51,690 bases of DNA, from the IMG/VR virus record IMGVR_UViG_3300037692_000175, positions 1 to 51,690 of that record; one strand, given 5' to 3'. The DNA is from a virus (taxonomy: Duplodnaviria; Caudoviricetes). This document shows positions 27,180 to 36,465 of the stretch, one piece after another (within the stretch, counting starts at the first letter, position 1; each line of letters begins with the position of its first letter). The position numbers were made by a program, and so were the translations under genes. The notes under the pieces were generated by a model. That model had not been told where the DNA came from. It saw only the letters and a list, made by a program, of their open reading frames with translations, and ran no database searches.

Positions 27180-28633
27180 CCCTCCTCCTCCTCCTCTAGT
27201 TGTTTGAGCGTTATGTGCTCGTACGGGCCTCCCTCATCAGAGGGCCAGCGAGTGAGCTGCGCTCGAAGCTTGTTGCACATACGGTGGAACTGGTTGACGT
27301 AGATATCGTCGAAGATCACAACCAAAGGATTCTTCATCCCCTCTCGGTACCTGTAACCCTGGATGCGGCCCATCCCCTGCTGCAAAGCGTTCTTCCCACC
27401 GTTCGGGTGTTTGCTGCCAAAAGGAGTGAGCCACATCAGCGTGTCCAGGGAATCTTCGTCGATCGCCTCCAGAACTAACTGGTGGGTTCCAAATATGAGT
27501 TGCTTATCACGAAGTGCGGCCCACCTTTTCGCGACCTCTTGCTTACCCGTGCAGATGCCTACGTCAGCCCCTTCAGCTAGAAAAAGCTCGTACATGAGCT
27601 CGAGTTGCTTGACGCTATGACTCAGGGCCAAAATTTTTCGACCCGCCTTCAGCCCATCACGAATATCCCTCGCAATGGCAGCGTTCCGACTCGGCATCTG
27701 CCCGGTGAAAGATCTCAGCAAGCCGATGTTGGGATTCCCGCTCTTGTCAACGACGTACTCCAACCAGTCAGAGGCGGAGATCAAAGTTTCCAACCTACGG
27801 AACCTGATGGTCGGCTTCACTTCTTGAGAGAGGTCCTTGTAGAAGACTTCACCAACGTGGTAGTTGTAGATCACTTCCGTGCCGTCTTCTCGGTTCACCG
27901 TGGCACTGAGACCGTACCGTCTGCCTCCGAACATCGTGGAGGTAATGCAGAAGTACGGAGCACTGAGGTGGTGAACCTCATCCCAAATCACCAAGCCAAA
28001 CCATTTGCGCATCTCTGGGGTGACATGGTCTGCGTGCTTGGCGAGGGTCTGGATGGTTGCGACGGTGATGGGGTGACGCCAGTCCCACTTGGATGGAGCT
28101 CCTTGGATGTGTCCGACCTGGCCCCCATTTAGATCAATGAACTTGTTGACCGCCCCCTCCCACTGACTGAAGATGGTCTTCTGATTCACGATGATCAGAG
28201 TGTTCTTCTTGTAGTGGGCAGCGGCATGAAGAGCGACACAAGTTTTTCCCTTACCGCAGGACAGGTTCAAGATCCCTCCGTCCACTTTCATGAAGGCAGA
28301 GAATGCCTTTTTCTGCGTGTCGTCTTCAGGATCCATGAAGTCGAGGATCAAATTGCTCTTGATGTCCGCATCGGGGAAGTCTGTAGGTCTGATGTCCACG
28401 ATGGGGAAGGACAGCTTCGCGTAGTCTTCTTTCGGGACGAACTCTCTAGGAACGGCCAGGTGGTGGGGTGTGTCCTCCCAGAGTTGCAAGTACTCCAAAC
28501 CTTCGCCCCCATAGGACTCGAACTCCAAAGCCGCCTTGATCCGAATCACGTTGATCTTCTTCCTCGGTAGCCACATCTGGGTGCCGAGGTAGGCTTTGTT
28601 TGGGTCCTTGATGATGAAGGAGAAATTAGCCAT
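27176..28633 (-). CDS. Superfamily 2 DNA helicase (UvsW/Ssl2-like)
   Basis: CGKGKT, DEVHH, GLSAT, QQGMGRI; likely start MANF at 28633. Confidence 0.85.
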   Translation of the reverse strand: MANFSFIIKDPNKAYLGTQMWLPRKKINVIRIKAALEFESYGGEGLEYLQLWEDTPHHLAVPREFVPKEDYAKLSFPIVDIRPTDFPDADIKSNLILDFMDPEDDTQKKAFSAFMKVDGGILNLSCGKGKTCVALHAAAHYKKNTLIIVNQKTIFSQWEGAVNKFIDLNGGQVGHIQGAPSKWDWRHPITVATIQTLAKHADHVTPEMRKWFGLVIWDEVHHLSAPYFCITSTMFGGRRYGLSATVNREDGTEVIYNYHVGEVFYKDLSQEVKPTIRFRRLETLISASDWLEYVVDKSGNPNIGLLRSFTGQMPSRNAAIARDIRDGLKAGRKILALSHSVKQLELMYELFLAEGADVGICTGKQEVAKRWAALRDKQLIFGTHQLVLEAIDEDSLDTLMWLTPFGSKHPNGGKNALQQGMGRIQGYRYREGMKNPLVVIFDDIYVNQFHRMCNKLRAQLTRWPSDEGGPYEHITLKQLEEEEEG

Positions 28634-28699
28634 CTGAGGGGGGCCTCCGACCCTCTCCAGCAGCCAGGAGGGTTCTCCTGTGCTGGAGAGGGTCCAAAA

Positions 28700-28728
28700 G
28701 GCGTACAACGTACACCTTTTTGTGTCAA
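28700..28728 (-). promoter_or_regulatory. sigma70-like promoter upstream of the helicase
   Basis: - strand TTGACA, 17 nt, TACGCC; overlapped by an inverted repeat. Confidence 0.45.
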
Positions 28729-28752
28729 CGCATACTGCACACTTGTGCAGGA

Positions 28753-29109
28753 TTAGAAGCGGAAGTTGACGAAGAACTGGTACAACTCCCATGCACCGCC
28801 TCTACAAGCACCCGTGGCTACGTCCTTGACCATCCTGTTACCCCACGTCTCACCTTCTTGGATCTCCCCCGTAGGAGTCTTGGAGTCTGTGGCTCCGTCC
28901 TGTCTGCCGGGGCTCGAGCTGGAAGCGGAGGTCCGCATTACTGGTCGGCTGATACTGAGGCCACCCATCCTTGGCCTGACTCCCCGAACGGCTGATTCAC
29001 AGTCGCTCATGAAGTCGCATCTCCTACAATCGGCATCCGACGCACTGAAGTAGCTGCTCCTTCCGAAACACTCTGGTCTTCTCTGTTGGCCATACTTCAG
29101 CAAGGACAA
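28753..29109 (-). CDS. Small Cys-cluster protein; first gene of the replication operon
   Basis: 118 aa; ECFG...DCRRCDFMSDC; TTG start with AAGGAGGT RBS. Confidence 0.7.
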   Translation of the reverse strand: MSLLKYGQQRRPECFGRSSYFSASDADCRRCDFMSDCESAVRGVRPRMGGLSISRPVMRTSASSSSPGRQDGATDSKTPTGEIQEGETWGNRMVKDVATGACRGGAWELYQFFVNFRF

Positions 29110-29158
29110 TGATCACCTCCTTTGTGTTGATCTAATTCCGGTACTCAAATACGTAGTG

Positions 29159-29184
29159 CTTATACCCACAAAGGTGTTGGTTTT
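29159..29184 (-). promoter_or_regulatory. Putative phage-RNAP promoter motif, copy B
   Basis: - strand CAAAA-N16-TATAAGCA, ~50 nt upstream of 29109. Confidence 0.55.
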
Positions 29185-29190
29185 GATTCC

Positions 29191-29219
29191 TTGACCGGAA
29201 AGATCGTGGTCGATAGGAT
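29191..29219 (+). promoter_or_regulatory. sigma70-like promoter
   Basis: TTGACC, 17 nt, TAGGAT; AGGAG RBS and ATG 29253 follow. Confidence 0.65.
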
Positions 29220-29252
29220 TGGCCATAAAGCCACCCAGTTAGGAGCTTTCCG

Positions 29253-30500
29253 ATGATCAATGAAGCTATCGACTTTTACGACGATCCGAACGGTGAAATC
29301 CTTCGGTCGCATCTCCCTCATTTGGATAACGTTCCCGAGTTCATCAAGACGGCGGAACGGCTGACCCCAGAAGAGATCGATAAGCTCCCGGATGACGTCT
29401 TTGCTCTGGTCGCTTTCGACGGCGGGCAGAAGATGCGAAAGTTCGCTTGTGTGGACAAAGGCAACGTGGCCCTGTCTGTTCTCTACTTCATGGAGAACAA
29501 GGACCTGCTACCGGAAGAGGCGCAAAAGGTGGCCGCTGCCAACCTGATGACGGCCTGTTCCTGGTATGACCTTGAGCCTCCCGAAGACCTGGAGAAGATC
29601 GCCGTGATTGGCGCCCTCCTGTCTGGTGGTATGGCAGTGGCTCAGGGCAACTCTGACTTCAAGAAGAGGCAAGCTCTGCTCAATCAAGGCGTTCCGGGTA
29701 GTCGGGCCATGAGCGGGGGCGTTCCGAAGATGTCGGAGCTCTACGGTTCCCAGGAGATGCCCGTCAGCTCGCAAGCCAAGGAGAAGAAGGCGTCCCTCGA
29801 CCCCTACGTCGACATCACCAACCAGTCGGTTCCGGTTTGTGTCATCCCTCCACAGGAGGCCAAGTACTACTGCCTCGTCAAAGAGGGGCAGGCGAAGTAC
29901 CCGATCGACACTGCCCTCCAAGTGCAGCAGGCATCCGCCTACTTCCTGGAGAACAGAGATCGATTTTCTCCGTCTGACCGGCACCACTACTGTGTCAAGC
30001 TCGCCTCTCGAGCCAGCGACCTGGGGCTCTGTGTCCCGGATGTCGTCAAGGACTACGGGTCGAAGGGCTACTCTCCTCAAGTCAAGGTCGCCGTGTTCCG
30101 TCGCATGCGTCACTTCCGTGAAGGAACGTCGGAGCACAGCCTGCTCGACGAGATGATGAGCAAGCACGCTTCGATCCGTCCTGAGGTCTTCGCCGTCGCG
30201 TTGGAGAACTTCGATCGACGGACGGGCATGGACCGACTCTGGGATGCCGTCATCCCAGATCCCTATGCCTCCACCTTTGGCTTCACCAAGGTGGCCGAGT
30301 GGAGCTTCACACACGGCAACGAGACGGTGAACGAGGGCCGCCTGAAAGCTTGTGCGGCTCAGTGCAGAGAAGATATAGAGAAAAAGTTCGGGGAAGACAT
30401 GGCAGAGGAGTTCGCCAAGAACCCGATTCAGATCTTTGATTCCATGCCCTTGGATTCCAAGCGTATCATCATGCGTGTGGCTGGGCAGCTCGAGGAATAG
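29253..30500 (+). CDS. Putative head-associated protein rich in K-x-A/S motifs
   Basis: 415 aa; IKTAE, QKVAA, EKIAV, EKKAS, VKLAS, SKHAS, TKVAE; lies in the block leading to the portal. Confidence 0.6.
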   Translation: MINEAIDFYDDPNGEILRSHLPHLDNVPEFIKTAERLTPEEIDKLPDDVFALVAFDGGQKMRKFACVDKGNVALSVLYFMENKDLLPEEAQKVAAANLMTACSWYDLEPPEDLEKIAVIGALLSGGMAVAQGNSDFKKRQALLNQGVPGSRAMSGGVPKMSELYGSQEMPVSSQAKEKKASLDPYVDITNQSVPVCVIPPQEAKYYCLVKEGQAKYPIDTALQVQQASAYFLENRDRFSPSDRHHYCVKLASRASDLGLCVPDVVKDYGSKGYSPQVKVAVFRRMRHFREGTSEHSLLDEMMSKHASIRPEVFAVALENFDRRTGMDRLWDAVIPDPYASTFGFTKVAEWSFTHGNETVNEGRLKACAAQCREDIEKKFGEDMAEEFAKNPIQIFDSMPLDSKRIIMRVAGQLEE

Positions 30501-30536
30501 CCCTGCTCGATAGTCCCTACTCACTGGAGGGATTCA

Positions 30537-30564
30537 TTGATAGCATGGCCCCAACTCATAAAAT
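30537..30564 (+). promoter_or_regulatory. sigma70-like promoter
   Basis: TTGATA, 16 nt, TAAAAT; AAGGAGG RBS before 30589. Confidence 0.5.
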
Positions 30565-30588
30565 CTGGGATCATTCCCAAGGAGGCTC

Positions 30589-32010
30589 ATGATGGCGAAG
30601 GAAAGCAAAGCGTTTGGATCCCAGCGAGCCCAGAAGGCTCATCTGCTGCTGGGCTCTGGCGGTCTGTCGTCGGAGATCAACGATCTCCGTCGTGACACCG
30701 AGGAAGGTTTTCAGAACCTCGAGGGTCGTGCTGGGTTCCCCGCGTTGAACTACGGTGAGGCCCCTGTCGCCGCTGGCGGGGACGTCACCCTCACGGGCGA
30801 GAACCTACTGCAAGGGCAGACGTTCGACTCCCTAGCGCTCTGGTCGGGCACCAGCATGGTGACCATCACTGCGCTCACGCCCGGTGACTCTCCCTTCACC
30901 ATCGAGATCACCGATGGTGCGACGGCTGGTTCCGAGGTCGTGACGAAAACCCTCAACGCTTTCGTGATCCAGATCGAGGCCGGCGTCTCGACGGCAGATC
31001 AGATCGCCACGGCGCTCAACGCCGATGGCGCCGACTCCGATGGTTACCTGCGTGCCGCTTCTGGCGGTGCCGGTGTGACGAACGCTGTTGCTGCGGCTAC
31101 CGCCATGGCTGGCGGCGTTGGTTCCTTCGCCGAGAACGTTGTGAAGGTCGGTGGGGTCGAGTGCCTCCCCGCCAACACGACCGGTACGGCGGGTGCGGCG
31201 GCCTGGTCTGACACGGCCATCATCGTCACGGTTCCTGCCATGGCCGGTGCGGCCGGCAAGCTCTTCCAGGTCGAGGTGATGAGCGATGGTACGTCGGCAG
31301 ACCCCATGTCGACCATCGACAGCACTGCTGGTACCGCAGCCACCGGGGCCGCACAGGCAGACGCTACGACCGCTCTGTCGGAGACCGAAGAGCTCCGTAG
31401 CCTGGTTGGATTCCCGGAGATCGACTACATCGATGGTGCTGGTCCTGCGGCAGCGGGGGGCGACATGGTCATCGTCGGTCGCAACTTGCTCCAAGGCCAG
31501 ACCTTCGATGAGTTGGCCCTCTGGTCGGGCACCAGCATGGTCACGATCATGGCATCGAAGCCCGGTGTCAGCGGCTATACCATCGAGATCACCGATGGTG
31601 CGACGGCTGGTTCCGAGGTCGTGACGAAAACTGGCGATGCCTTCGTGATCCAGATCGAGGCCGGTGTCTCGACGGCAGATCAGATCGCCACGGCGCTCAA
31701 TGCTGACGGTGCCGACTCCGATGGTTACCTGTGGGCAGTCTCCGGTGGTTCGGGTACGACGAATGCCATCGCCGCTGCGACTCCGATGGCTGGCGGTACA
31801 GGTACCTTCGCAGGCAACGTGGTCCGCGCTGCGGGTTTCGAGTGCCTCCCGGCTAACACGACCGGTGCCACGGGCGTGGCGCTCTGGTCCAACACCAGCA
31901 TCGCGGTCACGGTCCCTGCGCTGTCGCCCGTCGTGGCTACGGACAAGGCGGCCGTCTCGGTCAGCTCGAACTCTGTCCGTGCGCAGAGTCTCTCCGTCGC
32001 GGTCGAGTAG
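30589..32010 (+). CDS. Virion structural (decoration-like) protein with tandem duplicated domain
   Basis: 473 aa, Ala/Gly/Thr-rich; two copies of GFP...GGD...G.NLLQGQTFD.LALWSGTSMV...ECLPANTTG...WS.T.I.VTVPA. Confidence 0.7.
   Translation: MMAKESKAFGSQRAQKAHLLLGSGGLSSEINDLRRDTEEGFQNLEGRAGFPALNYGEAPVAAGGDVTLTGENLLQGQTFDSLALWSGTSMVTITALTPGDSPFTIEITDGATAGSEVVTKTLNAFVIQIEAGVSTADQIATALNADGADSDGYLRAASGGAGVTNAVAAATAMAGGVGSFAENVVKVGGVECLPANTTGTAGAAAWSDTAIIVTVPAMAGAAGKLFQVEVMSDGTSADPMSTIDSTAGTAATGAAQADATTALSETEELRSLVGFPEIDYIDGAGPAAAGGDMVIVGRNLLQGQTFDELALWSGTSMVTIMASKPGVSGYTIEITDGATAGSEVVTKTGDAFVIQIEAGVSTADQIATALNADGADSDGYLWAVSGGSGTTNAIAAATPMAGGTGTFAGNVVRAAGFECLPANTTGATGVALWSNTSIAVTVPALSPVVATDKAAVSVSSNSVRAQSLSVAVE
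30838..31730 (+). repeat. Intragenic direct repeat, offset 681 nt
   Basis: 30898-30950 is identical to 31579-31631; 30838-30860 to 31519-31541; 30961-31019 nearly identical to 31642-31700. Confidence 0.9.
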
Positions 32011-32022
32011 CGGCGGACCTAT

Positions 32023-32817
32023 ATGGGCCGGGATCATGAAACCGAGCTCTTCGATCTTCTGAAGCAGAGTGCCGCCCCGGACGAATCCGGGGCGGACGAT
32101 GCTCCAGAGGAGACCGTTGCCGGTTACGAGGAGCGAGCATCGGTGGAGAAGGCGACACCCAAGCCTATCTCTGTGCGGAACCTCTTTGTCCATCACGACA
32201 CCCACCCATTGGTGCTGGGCGTCAAGTTGCTGGACCAGTACGGAACCGATTGGTACGAGTGGGAGCCCGAGACAATCTGGCGGGAGATCATGGATGACTT
32301 CCGCACACCGTCCATCAGCGACCACACCAAGAGCAAGATTCAAGCGGTCAAGTCCATTCAGATCTCCGACCTGTGTTTCCAGAAGTGGGAGATCTTCTGC
32401 GTCATCACGCAGGCCCTGAACAACAACATCCCAGACTTCGAGGTCATGCGGAAGCCCACAGTGTCTCAGCTATTCGTAGCTGTGGACATCATGACCATGA
32501 TCAGAAACGATGTACCGTTCGGGGACCAGTTGCAGCAGTGGCTAGCTGCGTCACTGCTCACGGACGGACTGATCTACGCCCCAGATCCCATCGCCTTCTG
32601 CCAGGACGAGATCTTGGACTTCATGAAGAACTCTGGTAGAGAGGTTGACCCCCAGCCTATAAGAGAGAAGTATAAGACGGTGATGCTCACGCCGTCAGAT
32701 CAAGTCGTACTCGAGGAAAACGCAGTGGACATCCAGGTAGCCAAGCTGCTAGTGGCCAGAGACTACATGCAACTCCGAAGAGATCAAATGAAGTCTCAAA
32801 TGCAGGCGTTGAGATGA
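32023..32817 (+). CDS. Hypothetical (probably head-associated) protein
   Basis: 264 aa, regular codon usage, in the head gene block. Confidence 0.7.
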   Translation: MGRDHETELFDLLKQSAAPDESGADDAPEETVAGYEERASVEKATPKPISVRNLFVHHDTHPLVLGVKLLDQYGTDWYEWEPETIWREIMDDFRTPSISDHTKSKIQAVKSIQISDLCFQKWEIFCVITQALNNNIPDFEVMRKPTVSQLFVAVDIMTMIRNDVPFGDQLQQWLAASLLTDGLIYAPDPIAFCQDEILDFMKNSGREVDPQPIREKYKTVMLTPSDQVVLEENAVDIQVAKLLVARDYMQLRRDQMKSQMQALR

Positions 32818-33653
32818 ACATCAACCAAGCCTTGGCATTCGTAGACGAGCTTGAAAAGCAAGCTGTTGCTCCTGGCCTCCTCAAAAGGTTGATGTGGAAC
32901 AGCGGCATTGGTCGTTCTGCTGCGGGAGCTGCTGTTGGGGCGGGCACAGGAGCTCTAGCTGCAGGTCCTGATGATAGGCTTCGAGGAGCTCTTCTTGGCG
33001 GAGCTGCTGGAGGAGCTTTGGGGCTCGCTTCTCCGCTCGTCACGTCTGCTGGTCGTCAGAAAGCTAAGGAGTGGGTTAGCAGGACGGGAAAAAATCAGTG
33101 GCACAGTTTGACTGGTAGGGGGCGACTACAGGTTGCCCCTGGTACCAGCGCAGCGGATCTATCCTCTCTGCGTAAGTCAGAAGCGGCGGGGCTCACCAGT
33201 CTCCCAGGTACTGTAAAAGGTTTGCTAGGTAAGGATAGGGGTAAGGTTCTGGGAGAAGCATGGAGACAATCTGGCACCATGGGTAAAGTCATGGCTGCTG
33301 GAGATATTGCCCTGTCAGCTCCCCGCATCTTGGACAATAGCACCGCAGAGGGAACTGGAGAGAAGGCTCTCAGTACTCTTGGATCTTCTGGTGCGTATTT
33401 CCTCGGTGGTAAAATGCCCATAGTGGGAAATATGCTGCTGGCTGCCGGGGCTGGCACTGCGGGCAAGTACTTGGGTCGCGGTATTGACAAGATCGTAGGG
33501 CACAAAGCCCCAGTAGGATCTGTCGCAGAGGGCCCTGTGGTTGTTGGTAGACCAGGTAGGTTGCCTGAATGGAAAGAGCCTGTGCGCGACATTGCACACA
33601 ACGTAGCCCAGGCAGTTACCGATGAAATTTCGGAAATTCCGGGGCGAAGGTAG
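32814..33653 (+). CDS. Gly/Ala-rich membrane-like protein with FVDELEKQA leader
   Basis: 279 aa; glycine-zipper helices; shared leader; ATGA overlap. Confidence 0.65.
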   Translation: MNINQALAFVDELEKQAVAPGLLKRLMWNSGIGRSAAGAAVGAGTGALAAGPDDRLRGALLGGAAGGALGLASPLVTSAGRQKAKEWVSRTGKNQWHSLTGRGRLQVAPGTSAADLSSLRKSEAAGLTSLPGTVKGLLGKDRGKVLGEAWRQSGTMGKVMAAGDIALSAPRILDNSTAEGTGEKALSTLGSSGAYFLGGKMPIVGNMLLAAGAGTAGKYLGRGIDKIVGHKAPVGSVAEGPVVVGRPGRLPEWKEPVRDIAHNVAQAVTDEISEIPGRR

Positions 33654-33662
33654 TATCGAACC

Positions 33663-35624
33663 ATGGCAGGTCTTGACTTCGGTGCTTCCTCTGGTGCAGC
33701 AAGGTTCTCCCGATCTCGCGGGCGTATTGGAAACCAGGCCAATAGAGGGATCAATTATCCCTCTCCTTTCTTCGACATTGGTCACACGTATCTGCCGACC
33801 ACGGTCAAGCAGATGTTCCGTTGGTGTCGGTACTACTTTCTCGTTCACCCGCTGATCAACAGCGTCGTGTTCAAGATGAGCCAGTATCCGATCACGGACC
33901 TGGTGTACCATACAGAGCAAGAAGAACAGAAAGACAAGTGGAGGGACTTCCTCGAGAATGGCCTGAAGTACCGGGCGTTCATGGAGGAGATCGGTCTCGA
34001 CTATCACACCTACGGGAACGGGATGGTATCCCTCTTCTTCCCGTTCAAGAAGATCTTGACGTGCCCGGAATGTGGGGACTCCCTCAACGCGAGAGATGCC
34101 ACGTACTACTTCCGGAACTTCCAGTTCTACCGGACATGCCTGAAGTGCCAGCACCACGGCCCACAGAAGGTCAAGGACAGGTACATCAAGTCGTCGAAGG
34201 GCATTCGGTTGCTACGATGGAACCCGGAAGACATCGATGTCAGGTACAATGATCTCAATGGGGAGTACACCTACTTCTATGAGATCCCTGTCCAGCTCAA
34301 GAACGACATCATCATGGGCAAGCGGCACGTCGTGGAAGAGGTGCCTCAGATCTTCATCGATGCCCTCAAGAAGCGTCGCGCCATCGTCTTCTCCAAGGAC
34401 AACATCTTCCACTTCCGTCGCCCCACCATCGCGGGCAAGGACCGTGGATGGGGCACGCCCCTGCTGCTCCCGGTTCTGAAGGACGCGTTCTACCTTCAGA
34501 TCCTAAAAAAGAGTCAAGAGGCCATCGCCCTCGAGCACATCGTTCCGCTACGCATCCTGTTCCCGCAAGCTGGCTCAGCTACAGCAGACCCCTACACTTC
34601 GGTGAACCTGGGTGACTGGAAGGACCAGATCCAGGAAGAGATTGCTCGATGGCGGTTCGACAACAACTACATGCCGATCCTCCCCCTCCCTGTGGGAAAT
34701 CAAACCATCGGTGGAGACGGTCGGTCTCTACTCGTTGGTCAAGAGATCCGCATGTGGTCGGAGCAAATTGTCACCGGCATGGGTGTCCCAACTGAGTTGA
34801 TCTTTGGTGGGCTATCCTACTCGGGAAGCAATGTTTCTCTCCGCATGCTGGAGAACATCTTCCTTGGGTACATGATTGGTCACCTAGGGATGTTGAAGTG
34901 GGTGATCAAGAGTGTCTCCGCCTATATGGATTGGGACACCATCGACGTCCGATTCAAGCCATTCAAGATGGCTGATGACCTCCAGCGCAAGGCGTACAAC
35001 TTCCAGCTCAACGGTGCAGGAAAGATCTCCGATGCCTCTCTCCTCTCCGACGCAGACTACGATCCGAAGAATGAGGAAGAGCAGATAAATAAAGAGAGGG
35101 TCAGAGCTTCTGAGGCCATGAAGAAAGACCAACTCGCCCAAGCGGACATACAAGGTGAGTCCCAGGTCATCATGGCCCGTTGGCAGCTCAAGGCTCAGCA
35201 GGAGCAGATGAAAGCTCAGCAAGCCATGGGACCGGCTCCAGGTGAGCCAGGAGCCGAGGCAATGGGAGTTCAGGAAGGTGGTGGCCCTCCGCAGATGGCG
35301 CCTCAGGGAGCGCCTCAGGAGCAGCCCATGCCTCCCATGAACGGTGGCATGCCTGACGCCATGGCCCCGGTGCAGTCCCCGCTCAGTCTGGACCAGCAAA
35401 TAGAAGAACCCCAAGAGGGTCAGATGAACATGGACCTGCTGGCTACTGCGCAGCAGCTTGCTCAGTACATGCTGAGCCTGGACGAGAACAGCCGGCTCAT
35501 GGCCTTGATGCAGCTCCGCCAGCAGTCCCCGGACTTGTATCAGGTCGTACTGGGGCTAATTCAAAGCGGGATGAGTCAGGCCGCTCCTGCGGAGCCCCAG
35601 TACGAGGCTCCGCAGGCGGCTTAG
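33663..35624 (+). CDS. Portal protein (with Zn-ribbon insert and Gln/Pro-rich tail)
   Basis: 653 aa; IGLDYHTYGNG.V, WNP..I, IFHFRR...GWGTP.L, IVTGMGVP..LI.G are typical portal segments. Confidence 0.75.
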   Translation: MAGLDFGASSGAARFSRSRGRIGNQANRGINYPSPFFDIGHTYLPTTVKQMFRWCRYYFLVHPLINSVVFKMSQYPITDLVYHTEQEEQKDKWRDFLENGLKYRAFMEEIGLDYHTYGNGMVSLFFPFKKILTCPECGDSLNARDATYYFRNFQFYRTCLKCQHHGPQKVKDRYIKSSKGIRLLRWNPEDIDVRYNDLNGEYTYFYEIPVQLKNDIIMGKRHVVEEVPQIFIDALKKRRAIVFSKDNIFHFRRPTIAGKDRGWGTPLLLPVLKDAFYLQILKKSQEAIALEHIVPLRILFPQAGSATADPYTSVNLGDWKDQIQEEIARWRFDNNYMPILPLPVGNQTIGGDGRSLLVGQEIRMWSEQIVTGMGVPTELIFGGLSYSGSNVSLRMLENIFLGYMIGHLGMLKWVIKSVSAYMDWDTIDVRFKPFKMADDLQRKAYNFQLNGAGKISDASLLSDADYDPKNEEEQINKERVRASEAMKKDQLAQADIQGESQVIMARWQLKAQQEQMKAQQAMGPAPGEPGAEAMGVQEGGGPPQMAPQGAPQEQPMPPMNGGMPDAMAPVQSPLSLDQQIEEPQEGQMNMDLLATAQQLAQYMLSLDENSRLMALMQLRQQSPDLYQVVLGLIQSGMSQAAPAEPQYEAPQAA

Positions 35625-35625
35625 T

Positions 35626-36156
35626 CTAGCCGGTCTTTCTACGAGGCTGCTTCCAGGGCCGTCCAGTTTTCCATAACTTCGCTTCCTTCTCTTCCGGTTC
35701 CTCCGGTTCGTGCTCGTCAACGGGCTCGAGAACCAGGATCCTGTTGGCCTCGTACTGATCTCCTGGGCTGATGTTGTCGTAGATGCACGACCTACAGGCG
35801 TAGACTCTGGTGTCCTTCCCGTCGTTGTCTTTCTTAGGGATGGAGACTTTTTGCCTGCCGTCGATCACCATCTCAGCCAGCTCTAACTCGTAGAACCAGT
35901 CCTCTTCCGTCAAGTCTTCGGGGCAGAAGACACACTCACCGATATTGAGGTCTCCTTCTGCCCCCGACATGTCGAAGAGCTCGAGCCAACAGTTGACATG
36001 GAAGATCTTCTCCTCCTCACCATCAGCGTAGTCATCCGGATGAAAGTAGAGACCCTTGTGCTTGCGGCTGGTTTTGATCTCTCCCTGCCGCAGCACGAGG
36101 GCCTCATCTCCTATTTTCACTTCTCGTCCACACAGTTGGCAGGGAGTTTCTAACAC
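35626..36156 (-). CDS. Cys-rich (Zn-finger) hypothetical protein
   Basis: CQLCG, FHVNCW, CVFC, ACRSC; GTG start with AAGGAGGAG RBS. Confidence 0.65.
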   Translation of the reverse strand: MLETPCQLCGREVKIGDEALVLRQGEIKTSRKHKGLYFHPDDYADGEEEKIFHVNCWLELFDMSGAEGDLNIGECVFCPEDLTEEDWFYELELAEMVIDGRQKVSIPKKDNDGKDTRVYACRSCIYDNISPGDQYEANRILVLEPVDEHEPEEPEEKEAKLWKTGRPWKQPRRKTG

Positions 36157-36272
36157 TACTCCTCCTTAGGCTTGATAGCCTTCCTGCGCAGAATCGCTAC
36201 TGTCTCATCTGCGCGTTCTTTGAGGGACATCAAGACCCCGCAGATGAAGAACAACTTGAAGATGGTAAGCAC
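36156..36272 (-). CDS. 38-aa peptide (MLTIFKLFFICGVLMSLKERADETVAILRRKAIKPKEE)
   Basis: GTG overlaps the upstream TAG and its own TAG overlaps the downstream GTG (TAGTG coupling on both sides). Confidence 0.5.
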   Translation of the reverse strand: MLTIFKLFFICGVLMSLKERADETVAILRRKAIKPKEE

Positions 36273-36427
36273 TACCGGGTGTTCGGATCTAGGATGGAGT
36301 CCAGGTAGTCGCTAGCCTTGCGGAGCTCATTCGGCCCTTTGTCGTCTCGCTTGTCTCGTTCTTCACGCTTGTCTTCACGCTTGTCTTCACGCTTGTCTCG
36401 TTCGTCTCTCTGGTCCTGGTCAGCCAT
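36272..36427 (-). CDS. 51-aa highly charged peptide (MADQDQRDERDKREDKREDKREERDKRDDKGPNELRKASDYLDSILDPNTR)
   Basis: AGGAGG RBS; directly downstream of promoter motif C. Confidence 0.6.
   Translation of the reverse strand: MADQDQRDERDKREDKREDKREERDKRDDKGPNELRKASDYLDSILDPNTR
36361..36396. repeat. Tandem 12-bp repeat (CTTCACGCTTGT x3)
   Basis: Three perfect copies encoding DKRE repeats on the - strand. Confidence 0.9.
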
Positions 36428-36465
36428 TTCTTCCTCCTAAAAGTAGGCATGGATTGAACAAGGTT

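Noticed and set aside
30832-32343. 503-aa - strand ORF and similar long antisense ORFs (6315-7388, 29508-30524, 20481-21464, 36830-37534)
   Set aside because: Shadow frames opposite well-supported genes, expected with GC-biased codon usage
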